NCBI GenBank assembly: GCA_964187785.1 | Contig: OZ076409.1 | Location: 3,226,001-3,290,000, forward strand | Source of the DNA: Amphiscolops sp. MND2022 | Taxonomy: Eukaryota | Direction: 5' to 3' | DNA length: 64,000 nt | Shown here: piece after piece, positions 1 to 13,800 of the stretch | Position numbering within the stretch: the stretch's first letter is position 1 | Layout of the letters: each line of letters starts with the position of its first letter | Translations under genes and position numbers: made by a program | Notes under the pieces: generated by a model | Told to the model about the DNA's origin: nothing | The model's database searches: none | The model's input: only the letters and a program-made list of their open reading frames with translations

Positions 1-1020
1 TGAAAACATTTTTCACACATTTTGACTAGGATTATGTTTGAATAACTGTTTTCTTGTTTAACTAAGAATTAACTGTTTTCTTGTGACTCAGAACAGGAAG
101 CTGATTGATATCAAAATTCTGAATTCCATAGGCAAAAATAGCGTGAACAAAGTTTGTATTCAATTCTAAACTGCCACTGTTGAAGAAAATTAAAATTGAA
201 TGTTTCTCGTTTGTATTCAGGCCTTTTGTTATAACATTGTCCACCAATTTTCCAAAAAAATCGCAGTGGTGGGCGGGATGTAACAGAAAAGAGCCAACAA
301 ACTTTCAAATAATTGGTCGTAATGTCCGGACACCGGCAGGAATGAATATTTAAATTCGTTGCCCAGCTCGGGCTTACATATTACACGGAGTTTGCATTTT
401 ACAACGACCGTAGTTGGTAATTTGTTTACAAAACTTGGATAAATTATATAATTTGGAGGTGCAACTGAAGTTCATCAACTTATTTAGTTTAAGAAGATTT
501 GGGTACTTATGAAACTCTTCCGCTAAATATTTCTCTCGCTCTGACTTTAAAGTCTTACAAAGTAGAAATAAATAACAATTTCCTTCCCCGAACAATTATG
601 ATTTTCCTTCCCCATTATATGTGGGCGGAAAATAAGGCTCTTTTCTGTTTCCCCCACCCACAACCAAAATTAGAGAGTGAATTTCCTCAAAAGTTTCAGG
701 TTAGCCTAAATAAAAGTAAATTCTTTTTCAATAACAAGAAGTTGACGTCTATTAGAACAATTTTTTGTTTGAACAATACATTTTTCACGTATTTTGACTT
801 CAAGTATGCTCGTATTGAGTGTTTTTGTGACTCAAAACAGGAAGCTGTTGAACTTCTGATTAGAACTGCGTGATTTCACAAGAAAAAAGAGTGTGAACAA
901 AGTTTGTATCTGGCTTCTAAACTGTCACCCTGGAACTAAATTTAAAATTGAAAGTTTCTGGCCAGTAATCAAGACTTTCTGTTACAATATTTTCCAAAAA
1001 AAATGGGAGTGGGGGACAGA

Positions 1021-1471
1021 CAGGGGTGTTCATTATTGTATTGTAATATATTGACTCAAAATAATCAAAAAATTTAAATCTGAGCCTACAAAAATCAATA
1101 ATTTAATTTTTTCACTTCCTTCTAAAAAATCAATTATTGAAATTATTGTGCTCAAAAACAAAATGATGAAGAAACTTGAATTTACAAAATTTTTTGTCGA
1201 TCAAAATGAGTCCAAAATGCTTTATTTATCATCAAAAACATTTGAGAGTCAAAATTGCTTGGCAAAAGTTTCTTTCTATAATCAGTCTTTCTATAAATTT
1301 TGCTCGACTAATATGTTACAATATTAGTTCAAAATTTTACTCTGCAATTAATTATTTCCCCACAAGATTACGCGCAATCAATAATTGTTGAAAAACAGAG
1401 TCGTTAAAACAATAATTGTAATTGTTTAATTGCAATAATTGTTCTTTGCAATAAATAAATGAATACACCTG
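1021..1471. mobile_element. hAT-type MITE
   Basis: TIRs CAGGGGTGTTCATT / AATGAATACACCTG; TSD GGGACAGA/GGGACGGA (7/8). Confidence 0.78.
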
Positions 1472-1529
1472 GGGACGGAAAAGAGCCGAAAATAATAATA
1501 TGAGGGGATTGAGCGGACGGCGGACGGAC

Positions 1530-1807
1530 CTGTTCTGGGAGGGGGCATATTCTCGTTGGCATATTCTGAGGAAGGCGAGTAGAGGTTGGAGGAGTTGTTG
1601 GTCTTGTTGGTGTTGCTTCTGGACCGGCTCCCAGGCGAGTCGAACGAGGAGCAGTCGTCCCCTCCCCCGAAGCGCCCACTTGAATGGCAGCTCTCTCGAC
1701 TCAGCTTCTCACCACCCCCGCCCCCGCCCCCCGAGGACCTACTGTATTCCCTTTCCCCTCCCCCTCCACCGTCGAGTTGCTTGCGACCTCGGTCGTAGTT
1801 TTGGTTC
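1530..1807 (-). CDS. RIMS: RIM linker exon (NQNYDRGRKQLD...ENMPPPRT)
   Basis: Acceptor TTTGTAG|, probable donor G|GTCCGT; 278 nt, phase 2 to 1; this frame is not in the ORF track because it lacks an upstream start. Confidence 0.72.
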
Positions 1808-4800
1808 CTACAAACACAACGACGTATGTCATGTGGGGGGTTTATTTATAATATGATAAAATAATAATTTAATTTATCTGTTGAATAATAAAGAACAATT
1901 TAAAAGAAAAAACATGAGAGAAATTCAAAAGAAAAGACTTCCAAATGCAAACGCCCGCTTGACGGAAGCCTTATTCCCCTTTTTTAAGTAAGAAATTTTT
2001 TTAAATCTAACCTGAGATGGGGTGAGGTGAGGTCGTTGTGGGTGTGCAAGAAGTCGTCCATCTTGTCTGCTGCTGCTCCCCCCCGTTCCGAGTGCTGCAG
2101 GTTGTTGTCGGAGGAGCCCCCGCCGCCGAAGTAACCGCCGAGGGCGTCCGAGATCTGTCTGCGCAAAGACCGGCTGCTGCTGCTCTCCTCGCCCCCACCC
2201 CCGTGACTACTCCTACCCATGGGTGGGGGAGGGGACACGGGCGGGTTCTGCACCGAACTCTGTCTCCTCATCGGAATGTTGCGATCTTCAACACACACAC
2301 ACACACACGCAAACTAATTTATCATTGTTAACAGAGTTTTGACACCGCTAATCAGCGATTTAGCGGCCGCGCAGGAATTTTTCAGCGATTTCATTAGCGA
2401 TTCAAATTAGCGGTAACTAACAGACCCTCCAAATTCAAAATTTCTTCTGGGTATAGACGGTGTTTCAAAATGAATTTCGGAAAAATTCCAACTCTTACCC
2501 TTGTAAAACTCGCACAGTACAAAAAATTCTAATCATTTTTCTTCCAAAAATCGAGTAAGTTATTTTGAAACATACTTGAAGTCAAACATTTAATAGTTTG
2601 CAGAAAAACTTTTCAGCGAAATAGCGATTTTCAAATTAGCGGTTTAGCGATTAGCGGAAAAAATTAGCGATGTCAAAACCCTGATTGTTAATGAGGACCG
2701 CGCGTACTGAAACCGGGATTTGGAGTGAGAGAGAGACGGGATTTTTTGCCCCATCTTTTGTACATGGAGGACGTGTCAGTGAAAAGCGTTTGGGTGTCAG
2801 TACGCTGCAAGTTGCAGAGCCTCCTTACAGTGTCAATAACGGTCCTATGAAATAAATTTGGAAGTCATCGGTAAGTGGAGGGTAATTTTTAAATGAGGAC
2901 AACGAATCCTCAAATTTTATTGATCGTCGGAAATTATTTGGTTTCATGGGAAGCACCCGAGGGATTGTCAGATTTATGACAGCCCTCCATCGTGAAACAC
3001 ACAAACTAATGAATGAATAAGCAAAGTTGAATTGCAAAATACTGTGAGCAAAGAGTAATTAAACTACTACAGTAGTGATATTGGAAGCAGCAACATAGGA
3101 CAAATCTCAAAAACGAATGTCTCAAAAATGGCAGTAAATTTTGAAAAAAAAGTTTCTCTGATTTTTATTCAATTTACAAAGATGTTTGATTCAAACTAAT
3201 GCGGTTAAAATAGTAGAAGTTGCGAATGGCCATTTTAATCCGAATTTATTCAAATTAAAAGTTTTTATTTTTGTTTGGTTTACTTTTGCCTGAAACAAGT
3301 GAAAATTTTGTTCAATCGACCTATACCCTTGAATTTACCAATACGTTTTCATTTCGAACTCATTCTGAAACCTTGCAAAAAACATCTTTAAACAGCCTCG
3401 TTTTATTTCATGAAGTGCCGACTAAAAAGCCTATTATAGTGACTTTTTTCGTCGTGTTTTTTCTTCAATCCGGTCGAAGTGACCAAAATTCAAAATCCTA
3501 CAAATTGGCAAATTTGACATTGTCAACGAAACCGAGTGTCTATAGCTTTTTGGCAACCTGATGTGCTATTTTGAAATTCAACTATTTGAAACTAGCCCAT
3601 AAAGATGCAATTTACCATTTTCCCGAGAAGTAAAAATAGACAAATTCAAAATGTTCGGGAGAATTTTTGCATCGGCATCATTTCGAAATCGTAAACGTGT
3701 AAAAGAGTAAAAATTATTGGTGAAAACGATTGATAAAATTATGATACGACGATGACCTAATTTATAATTTTCTCCACTGTCCAATGTTTCAAAAATTCAT
3801 TTCAAAAGAACCGCCGTAACTGACACTGCAAGGCGGCTGGTTCAGCAAGAGTGTATTGACTCATAATATTGCAGCTTATATTGCAGTGATTTTATTAGCG
3901 CAACTAGTGAAACTAATTAGCGGCAACTACAGTCGATCCCGGATATAAGAAACTCGCTTGTAAAAATACCAGCTTATAGTCAATGCATACCTTGGCCCCG
4001 ACTGGCAATTTCATTCCTTTTAAAACCCGGATATAAGAAAGTTCGATTATAAGAAACACCAATAGCGTTCCCCTGACGTTGATCATATCCGGGATCCACT
4101 GTAATAGGTTGTCCAAATTCAAAAAAATTCCAACTTTTCATTTCTAAAGCGGAATAGCGATTAGCGATGTCAAAACTGATGTACATTTGGGGGGTTCTTT
4201 TGTGCCCCCCCCCATCGTCAAAATTACAAACTGACAGAAGTAAAAATTAAATTTCGGACCATGTGTTCAATTCCCCCCCAAACTGCGGCGGGGGGAAATA
4301 AGACAGAAGGTTCAAATACCATTATGTCGACATAGTTTGCGTTGAAATTTTGGTCCAATATAATAATTGATGTCGACATAATCCTATCCATTACATTGAC
4401 TGTCATTTAAAAGTTGCTCATTTGATTTTATAGCGGACAAAATTTGCGCTGAAATCGGGGCCTTTTTATACGATTTTAGCTTGTTTAAATTGTGAATTTC
4501 TGCTATTTTGGACAATATCAAAAAATTTAAAATTTTGGTAATTTTTTAACCTGAAGTGTCCAAACAGTTGTAGAGGCAACCCAAGAACAAAATGTGCTTT
4601 CGTGTAGGGGGGGATTCGCAACAAGGTGTACCTGGGGGGGGGGTAAATTGAACACATGGTCCGAAATTTCTTTCCATAACAGGAAGTTAACTTCTGTTCG
4701 AATAGTTTTTCGTTTGAACAAAACAATTTTCACACATTTTGGCTGTAAATATGTTGAAAGTAAACTACTTTTGTGATTCAAAAATGAAGCTGTTCATTTC

Positions 4801-7800
4801 CTCATTAAAAATGCGCGAATTCATAAGGAAAAAAGTGTGAACAAAGTTAATGTCTGAATTTTAAACAGTCCATTTTGACAATAAATTTGAAACTGACGGT
4901 TTCTGAATTATAGTTTCAAATCTTTTTTTTCTAATATTTCCACTAAATTTTCAAAAAAATTGATCGTCACAGAAAAGAGCCATTTGGAGTTTAAGTGAGA
5001 GAGTGCAGTAGCAGCCACTAACCGTTGACGTATTCGTTGGGGGAGAACATTCCCGCTCTGGGAGTGATGGAGTGTTCACTCTGCTCTTCGCCCCCTCCTC
5101 CCCCGCCGCCGCCGGCACGTCCCGAGCCCCCCATGCCCATCCCCCCACCGCCAGGGAAGCCGAAGCTCTGAGTGGGCGTGGACGGGCCAGTGCTACCTGG
5201 AGACGTGCCGCCACTGAAAAAAAAAGAACGAAGCATTCACACAAATATCCCGCATGGAACTGTCATCAGGGACTCCGAAGAAAATGTTGCGAAAAGAATA
5301 AATTATGCACAATTAATACCAGCTCACATTTCTTACCATGGTGATCTTGCCATGATCTAGACAAGCGTTCCATGTTTCATAATTTGCCATGATCTTGACA
5401 AGGGTACCATGGTTAACCATGATTTAGCAAGATTTCCCGAGTTGACCCTCTTACTAGCATCTTGGCAAGATCTTGCCAAATTCTTACTACATCTTGGCAA
5501 CCATGGATCCCATGGCAAGATTCTTATTAAGATCTTACTAAGATAATACTTATTCCAAGATCGTATCTTATCACGATGGACAAAATTTTAGGATTATAAA
5601 AAAACACTATACCTTCGGTACAAGCAGCCGAGACTCAATCTAAAGGCTCATTTCACCCAACAACGACTATTTCTACTCGTTTTCATAATCAAAATGCTTA
5701 AACTTGCTGAAAAAATTTTGCATGCCAAAATGCGTGAAAAATTACGATAACGTAGTCTGGCTTCGGAAATTCTGACGAGAATCCTAATAATTCCTCACCT
5801 GTTTAAGACTGAAAAATGCCGAATGTACCAAATGAAAGGTAATTTCAAGGGCTTTTCAAAACTTGTAATTTATCATTCGTGTCGATTCCAGAGACGGAGA
5901 AATATGCTCTCAAACGTCCAGACCCACTATCGGAAAGTTACAAAGGAAAGACCTTAAAATCCGGAAATTTTTGTAAAATTCATATTTCCAGCTTTCTTTG
6001 AGCCTGTTTCAGCAGCCTAATTACTGCTATAAAACGGCGGTCATTGCACTGGTTTGGGTAATGATTCAGCTCGAGGCTTTTCTGACGCCGTCGTTGGCGA
6101 CAGTTTTGCAATTGAAATAACAATTTAACCAGCGTCTTTCTAAATAAATTTCTTTTCAATCAAATTTTATACATTGCTAACAGAAGTTTTATTGTCTAAC
6201 AATATAAATCTGCAGAAATGTTGATTTTTGTTGACTTCCTTTCAGATTTTTTCTTTCCAAGGAGGATTTTACAATAAAAGTTTTCTTGGGAACATGGCTC
6301 TCTTGATAAGATCTGACCATGACATCTTGCAATTCTTGCCAATATCTTGGCAAGATCTTAGCTAAGATTTTTCCAAGATCTTGGCAAGATCTTGCCAAGA
6401 TCTTACTAAGATATCCATGAAGGGTCGACCCTGGTTACCATGATCATGGCAAGGGTTCCATGGCTTCGAACACTGGGTATACTCGACTCTTTCCTCTAGA
6501 AAAGCGCCGACTAAAATAGCAACATCTCAACAGGTTTTTCGTCTAAGCGGCATCTCTCGTGGTGCACAATTCTATTGACCTTCACGAGCCAGTAAGACGA
6601 GCCAGTAAGAAAGCCATATTTGCTGACAAAATCGAACAATTTCGGTTTATGAATTTTGTTCCGCTACCAAACGTTGTCACTAACGATCAGGGACTCCGTA
6701 AAAATAATGGCATTTTTTGGACGTAAAGCCATCAATAATTTCCCTAATACTTCGCAAAAAATAAATTATTTCCCTAACTTTTAAATGAAATAAATAATGG
6801 AAATAAAGGTAAATTTCCAAAAACAATTTGAAAAGCAAAACTCAAATTAGATTATACAGGAAATCAATTCAGCATCCCAGAATTTTATTTGATTGATAAG
6901 AACAGTTCAGTTTCCGGGTGCATTGGTGTCTTGAGTGTGATATTTGCTTTAAAAATTTTTGATCACGCGTTTTGTTTGCTTTCCACTTCTGTTGGCGCTA
7001 AAAAATATCTTGAATCATTTCAAATATGTGAAATAAATTATTTCCCTGAACTCTATCTGAAAATAAATAATTTTTATTTTTGTGATGAAAAAATTATTTA
7101 TGGCCATTATTTCCATAAAAATTATTTTTTTTCGGAGTTTCTGACTGTCATCGACCTTGAAGTATAAACCATTTTGAAGCCAAACCGGGGCAAGAAATTA
7201 AAATTTTGTAAAATTCATTATTCTGCATTAGAATGGAGAGTATAAATTTACACCTTTTCCACGGCACATTTGTGCTAAAGTTACCCCTGAGCAATTTTTC
7301 TTACACCCGAGACACTTCAGAATTTCATTGAATTTTATCATTATTGATTCATGCATTTACTGCATGATCGAATTTATTAGTTCATTAAATGAACGCTAGC
7401 TTGATTTAAACGTTGCAACAACGCTGAAAAATTTTTTCGTTTTTGGCTTGGAAATTGCGCCACTTCACGAGATGTTTTGTCATCACTTGTAGTGGGTGAG
7501 AGAAGAGCATGGAAAAAATTGGAAAGATAACATGAAAAATTACTAGGGCAACCATAAATGCTATAAGTGCTAGCAATGATAAATTTTGATATTTGAGTCA
7601 ATAAGGTAAATTTTTACGAACATTTCCTGCTGTTGCTATGAGAATGTTGAAAAATATTTCCTTTGCTACGGAAACAATCAACAATAATTGATTGAAGAAA
7701 TTAATTTCTGTAATAATTTCATTTTTCTGCCCTAATTTTGAGTATTCAGCCAGATTTCAGATTTTGAGGTCAAGTTTCAGCAGCGGTTTTTAGGTCAATT

Positions 7801-10800
7801 TGATAGCGCTAGAATAACGATTATTAGGTCAATTTTGTGGTTGCCAAATACATTACTTACTGTCTGTAAGAGTAGTTTGAGGAAGAGAAAGGGTGGACCA
7901 AACTTTTCCCGCCATGTCCAGTCGATCCCGCCCCTCTTTCGAACTCGTAGTCGCTCAAGAAATCACCCTCTGCGTCGCTGTGACACATCCTGAAACAAAT
8001 TTCTCTCTCTCTCTCTCTCTGTCTTACACACACAAACGATGCATTTTGGAAATAGAGACAACTCATCAGAGAACCTAAACCAGATACGACAAATCACGAA
8101 ATTTCATCCAAAAAGTCATTAGAAGGTTATCTAGAAAATGTCGCAGACATTTCTTGGTTGTAGTGCGAAAATACCCCTATTTGCAGTTGCTAGCAAGGTT
8201 CGAGTTATTAGGTTCAAAACTGCTTCAAACTTTATGCGACAGGATCTGAAACATTTCAGGTCAAAAGTGATTGTTGAGTGCCAGACAATGGCAACAAACT
8301 TGTACGTCGAAGGACACAGCGTTTCTGGCATCGTCTCAAAAAAACTTTTTTCAAGACTTGCAGACGTGTGTCATCGATAACAACCGCCATTAATCAGCAG
8401 AGAAAACGAATACCCACAGAGAGTACAATTACACTCAACTCCGCTTATAACAATTGCCCGGGGACCGGCGTTTTCAGAACGGCCAAAGTCGGTGCTATAC
8501 TTAAGGCTCAAAAAGTGCGAAGTCTTTGAAATTGTAAAACGGGGACCCTTTGGGCTTTTTGAAACTCCAATTTGTTGCACAATAAGAAAAAAATGAATGG
8601 GGGCCCCTTTGGAGACTTTAAAAAAATTCGAAAAAAAATTTAAAAATGAGGTTTTTGAACAGTGTCACAGTGCCGAAAGATGTACACAGAGGCGAAGCGG
8701 TGCTTCGCAACACATGACGAAGACAACGATTATTTTAATATGCGTATATATATTATTTTAATCGCATGCGTATATATTCAACAGTTCAACTTTATTCAAT
8801 AACGTCCTTATGGCTTAGTGGTTAACACTTATGCCGCGCAATCGGGAGGCTGCAGGTTCGAATCTCTCTGGGGTTTTGGCTTTTCTCTAAAAGGCGCTTA
8901 TTATGAAGTTGGCTATTGTGGAAAAAAAACTTTCTTAGCTGGACTGCAATGCACATTGACTTCGTCATGTGCAAAAAGGGAGGACCCTTTGGGATTTTTT
9001 AACATCCATTCTGTTGCAGATTATCGAAACAATTGAAGGGCGGACTCTTTGGTGTAATGAAAAATTTTCGAAAAGTCTCATAGTTCCGAAAAAAATCTGA
9101 GTTAAAAACACCAAGATAGCCAAAGGGGGATCCTTAGTTTGTTTTCGAGGTTCTGAACGTCGGTTTTTTGCTTCTTTTCGTTTTGGCGAGGTTCTGTTTT
9201 TTTTCGTTATTGTTTAAAACATGTTTTTACTGCTATTCGAAACAGTTTACACCAATATGCCAGCCTTGCTGTGCCTGACGGCCTACCTGTCTCGTGTGAA
9301 GTGAGCTGTGGCGTGAGACTTGAGGTTCTGGGGACTCCAGAAGTTGGCGCCCCCACCCCCCGCCGACTGAGAGAGTATGCTGTTGTTGTGGGTGTTGCCC
9401 CCGTGGCGATTGTACTGTCTGACTCGAGACGCGGGTCCTCCCCTGTAGCGTCGGAAGCGGAACACTTCGCCCCCCGACTGATGTAACCCTGCCGCACCTG
9501 TGGCCCCGCCCCCCACGTTGAAGGACGAGGATAAGTTGCGGTTGTTGTTGCCGCCATAAAATCTGCTGCTGGCAACTGCGCCCCCATTGCCCCGTCCTGA
9601 TCTGCACATGCAAAAACGACACAAACAAGTCAAAAATCAATAATGCCCATTCTTCTGTCCCTAATCGACCGACAAGCTCAACTTTTGTAGTTTCGAACAA
9701 CAGTTTCATATTCATCTTCATTCAAGAGATTGACTTTTTTCATCATCAAAAATGAAGTTTTTGTAATAATTTATTCTAAAATTAAGTGGTCGTATTTCAC
9801 TGGTCCCTATGCCACCCATCAGAACAGTACCCCAACCTAACCTCACTTTCATCCCATTTGCAGGGATGAAACTCCCTCTTCTCAACTCGACTCACTAAAT
9901 GACAAATTACGTATTTTGGTAAACTGTCAGGGACCGCCTACCAACCTAGGATCGGGGAGGGAGCGCGGGAAGGACCCGTCTTGGTCTAAAAAATGATCGG
10001 ATGATCCCGATCCTCTGCGCCCCGCCGATGACGATGATGCTCTGTGTTGTCTGCCGCCGTGCCCCCCACTTCTGTAGGCGTGGTCAGTGGGCCCCCCACT
10101 AAACTGGTCTCTGCCCCCCGGGTGTCTCAACACTCTGCGACCCGTGGCCGCTTCCACGTCCGAGTAATACGTGGGAGACCTAAACACACAATCCAGCTTG
10201 GAACTTTGAATAAGTTTTTTTTAAAAAACTTTTTCCTTCATATTTTCTATCTTTTTAATTCTGAATGTTAGTAAGGACCGCGCGTACTGAAACCGGGATT
10301 TGGTGTAGAGAGGGATGGGATTTTTTCCTTATTACACGGAGGGCGTGTCAGTGAAAAGCGTTTGGGTGTCAGTATGAATGAGATTGCATTGTTCAATTAG
10401 GAGCTACCTTTTCAGCCGGCGTTTCACGAAGTGAAACGAGACTTTAATAAATACTAATAGTGTTTTTTCAATCCACATGAACTGCAATATTTGAAAATTC
10501 GAAAAGGTCCCATCTTTCAGCGCGCCAGGTCCAACTTTTGGGTTTTTCGGGTACTGTAAAGAAGAATACTTGACACTTGGAAGTCTTTTTGCTATTTTTG
10601 AGCCTTAGATATGGCGAAACTTATGCCGTTTCGGCTTGTTTGGAAATTCCCTTTCTGCCCGGGATCTAGGGAGATGTTTTCCACATACATGGATAACATT
10701 TAATATTTTCTAATTGATTCAATGGATTATGCGCCTTTTATTGATGTATTTTTATATTGATTCTTGATTCATTATTGTCCAATCAGGAAACCAGTAGAGT

Positions 10801-13800
10801 ACCGAACAGTACAAAACATGGTCGTCATACAAAACTCTAGAAAAATAAACTGTGGTGACAAAAATCGGTAGAAAGAAAAGCTTACCGATGATAATCGCGT
10901 AAAGACCCGGGAAAAATTATCAACGAATATGACCAAATTTAGAAAAAAAAATAAAAAATTGTAATACACCGTTTCCGCGTTGAGTGAAGCATATCAGATG
11001 TTAAGTGAATCGTCTCGGCTTTTGTTCAAAATTTTCAGCCAATCATCGGCAACTAAACTAAAAGTGCTTTAGAATCAGAAGTCAAGTGAACAATACCAGC
11101 TTCCAAGTGAGTTAGCGAATAAGAATCACCAACGACGCTTTCAAATTGAACAAACGTTGACCAAAGAATGCTACATGTACACAAAATCGTATGCGTCGTT
11201 CACTTACACTTTCATTCAAGCTACCATTTCGTTCACATTATTTGAGATTTGTTGTAGCAAGCTAGTCAATTTCTATTGGTTGTTCATTCAACATCTGATA
11301 TGCTTCATTTAACGCGGATTGCAACGGTGTATTGCAATATTATTGCTGCCTTTTGCTATCCCCAATATAATATACAGTCAAACTCGGATAAAAGAAACTC
11401 ATAGGGCGGTAGAAATGAGTTTATTTTATCCATAGTTTCTTTTATCAGTTGTCCTATTAACGTAGAAAGCTTGTCTTGCATAAGAGCGGAGGAGTGAAAA
11501 CGTTTCTTATATCCGAATGTTTCTTTTATCCGTGTTTCTTTTATCCGAGTTCGACTGTATTGCAATACAAATGAATTTAAATGCCCTGTGTGTGACCTGG
11601 ATGAGTAGCGACTGGTGGACCTGTTTTCCCAGTTGTCGAACGCCGACCTTGAGTGCCGGTGTCTGCCGCCGGCTGAGGGACCCTCGATGTCTGTGGCGTA
11701 CAGCAGCAAGTCGTCTCTGTCGTCGCCCACGTCCGAGTGCCGACTGCTGCCGGTGACGTAATGATAGCCTTCACCTGTGCAACGCAACAACAAAACGGTT
11801 ACATGACGTCATTTCGTCCTATACACTTTCAACCTGTGCAATTTCAACAGCTCACAATTTCGACTTATTGCATTTCCAACTGTCCGCCATTTCGAAATAA
11901 ACTAATTTTGGCTACTAATCGGTCAAGTTATTTCAGTACAAAAGCTAGTAATGAATCGAACAGCCTTAATTAATGATGATCATTGATGAAGAAGCCAAAA
12001 CGTATCAAAAGTGGCGTAAAAATTAGCACATTTGAATTTAGAAATGTATGAAAGTTAAAACCACCAAAATAATTATGTAACTAATTAGGATCCATTAGCC
12101 AAAATTAGTTTATGTCGAAACGGCGGACGGTTGAAAATGCAATAGGTTGAATTTGTGAGCGGTTGAAATGGCAATGGATGAAATTGCATAGGATGAAATG
12201 TCCTGACACCGTCAATCACACACACTACTGTATGTGGGTAGCCGTTCGTATAACCGAACGAGCATTAAGAAGAAAATATAAAGCCGATCTGATTGGACGA
12301 CGAAATTAGCTAGCTGTCACCTTGATTTTCATTTACTCTGGTCGGTTGCAAAGTTACATAATAGTTTCACCATTGGAAGCTCACTGACGAACGAAGCGAC
12401 CAATCACGACTGAGACTTCGATTCGGTTCTGCTATTAATTTATTCTGCATTATTACCGTTCGGCTATACCACGTTTACAAATCGGCTATTTTACAAGAGC
12501 GTTTGCAAGAACGCAACATGGAAATGTTTTTGATGAAACAAGTTTCATAAACAGTGGAATCGAATTGCTCACGAAGTTGAAAGATCAGCTGGCCAACTGT
12601 CACGAATACGTCTGCAACTACCACCAAAAGAGATGTTACTACAGCCATGTTGAGACTCAATTTTGTTGTCACACTTAGACCTTAATGGAATTTCGGACCC
12701 TAGTGGAAACGGAATGACTTTTCCTTCTTCTTAAAGACGAACGAGTCAGGAACGGTCAAAGTCGGCGACCGCTTAAGTTCAAAAAGTTTTTTTTAATACA
12801 AGGGACAAATTGTTGAAATTTTATCAATTCCTCGAGACCGAAAAATACTCGGAGATAAAATTCGCATAATTTTTTCCCAACTGGAAACAGGAAAAAAAAT
12901 TTGAAAATTATTTTTTTTTTTCAAAAGTTTTTATCGGGAAAACGTCTCGTAGTGCTGAAAAGGGAGGTTTCAGCTCGCAAAACTCTTTTGCCAAGCCGCG
13001 AACATTTATGAAAGTGATAACACATTTTTTCAAAAAAAGTCGCACAGCGCCGGAAACTCCCATAGGTCATTTGCACAATTATTGAGTATCCTCTCATCCG
13101 TTGCACACGACCAAATAATAATCAACGAGGCCACCCTTTGGACCCCCAAAAATGTTTTCCTCTCAGAAATCCTTAAAAAAAACATTTTAAAAAATGGAAA
13201 ACAAATTTTGAAAAAATTTTCGGTAAGTCGCATAGTACCGAAAAAACCCAAGTTGGTACCAACCCGCAGAATGGTAGCCACTGGTGTATCTATTGCTTCT
13301 AGGAGATCTGTGCTCGTCCCACAACTCATAGTTGCCAGCTCCTGTTCCTCGCGAGTGCCTAGCTCCCCCTCCTCCCCCGAAGGAAGCAAACTCGGGGGTA
13401 TCTCTCTGGCTGTGAGCCCTCCGACCGCCGCCACCCGGCCCACGTTGGTCCATGGAGCCGCTCAAGTAGCCAGAGTTGTCCAGAGAAACCCTGTTGTTCA
13501 TTCGCTGATAATCAGCCGCCCCCATTTCTGATCGCATTGGGGTGCTAGGGGCGGTGGCGCCCTTTCGGCTCAGAAAAACGTCTTCACGGCCTGATAAAAA
13601 TATTGTGAAAAATGGTCTATGTTAACATTGTGGCCTATGAAAAATGAGACCTTGTGTGAAACGCCAATGGATAACAAGCCGGGATCGACCCAAGTCGGCG
13701 GCATATCTAAGGCTCAAAAATCCAAACGTCTTATAGTACTGAAACCCTGACCCCTAAGCATTACTTTGGAAGCAAATTATGTGACATTTTGGGGCAAAAA

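Noticed and set aside
2694..2847. AGGACCG...CGGTCCT unit as a MITE or SINE
   Set aside because: Longer copies continue into the CRE ORF terminus and short copies keep only the same 3' tip, as expected for 5'-truncated LINE copies.
1500..13531. Plus-strand and alternative-frame ORFs overlapping GC-rich islands (e.g. 1500-1856, 2038-2331, 9207-9587, 13082-13531)
   Set aside because: They are shadows of the minus-strand RIM exons; only one frame gives consistent splice phases.
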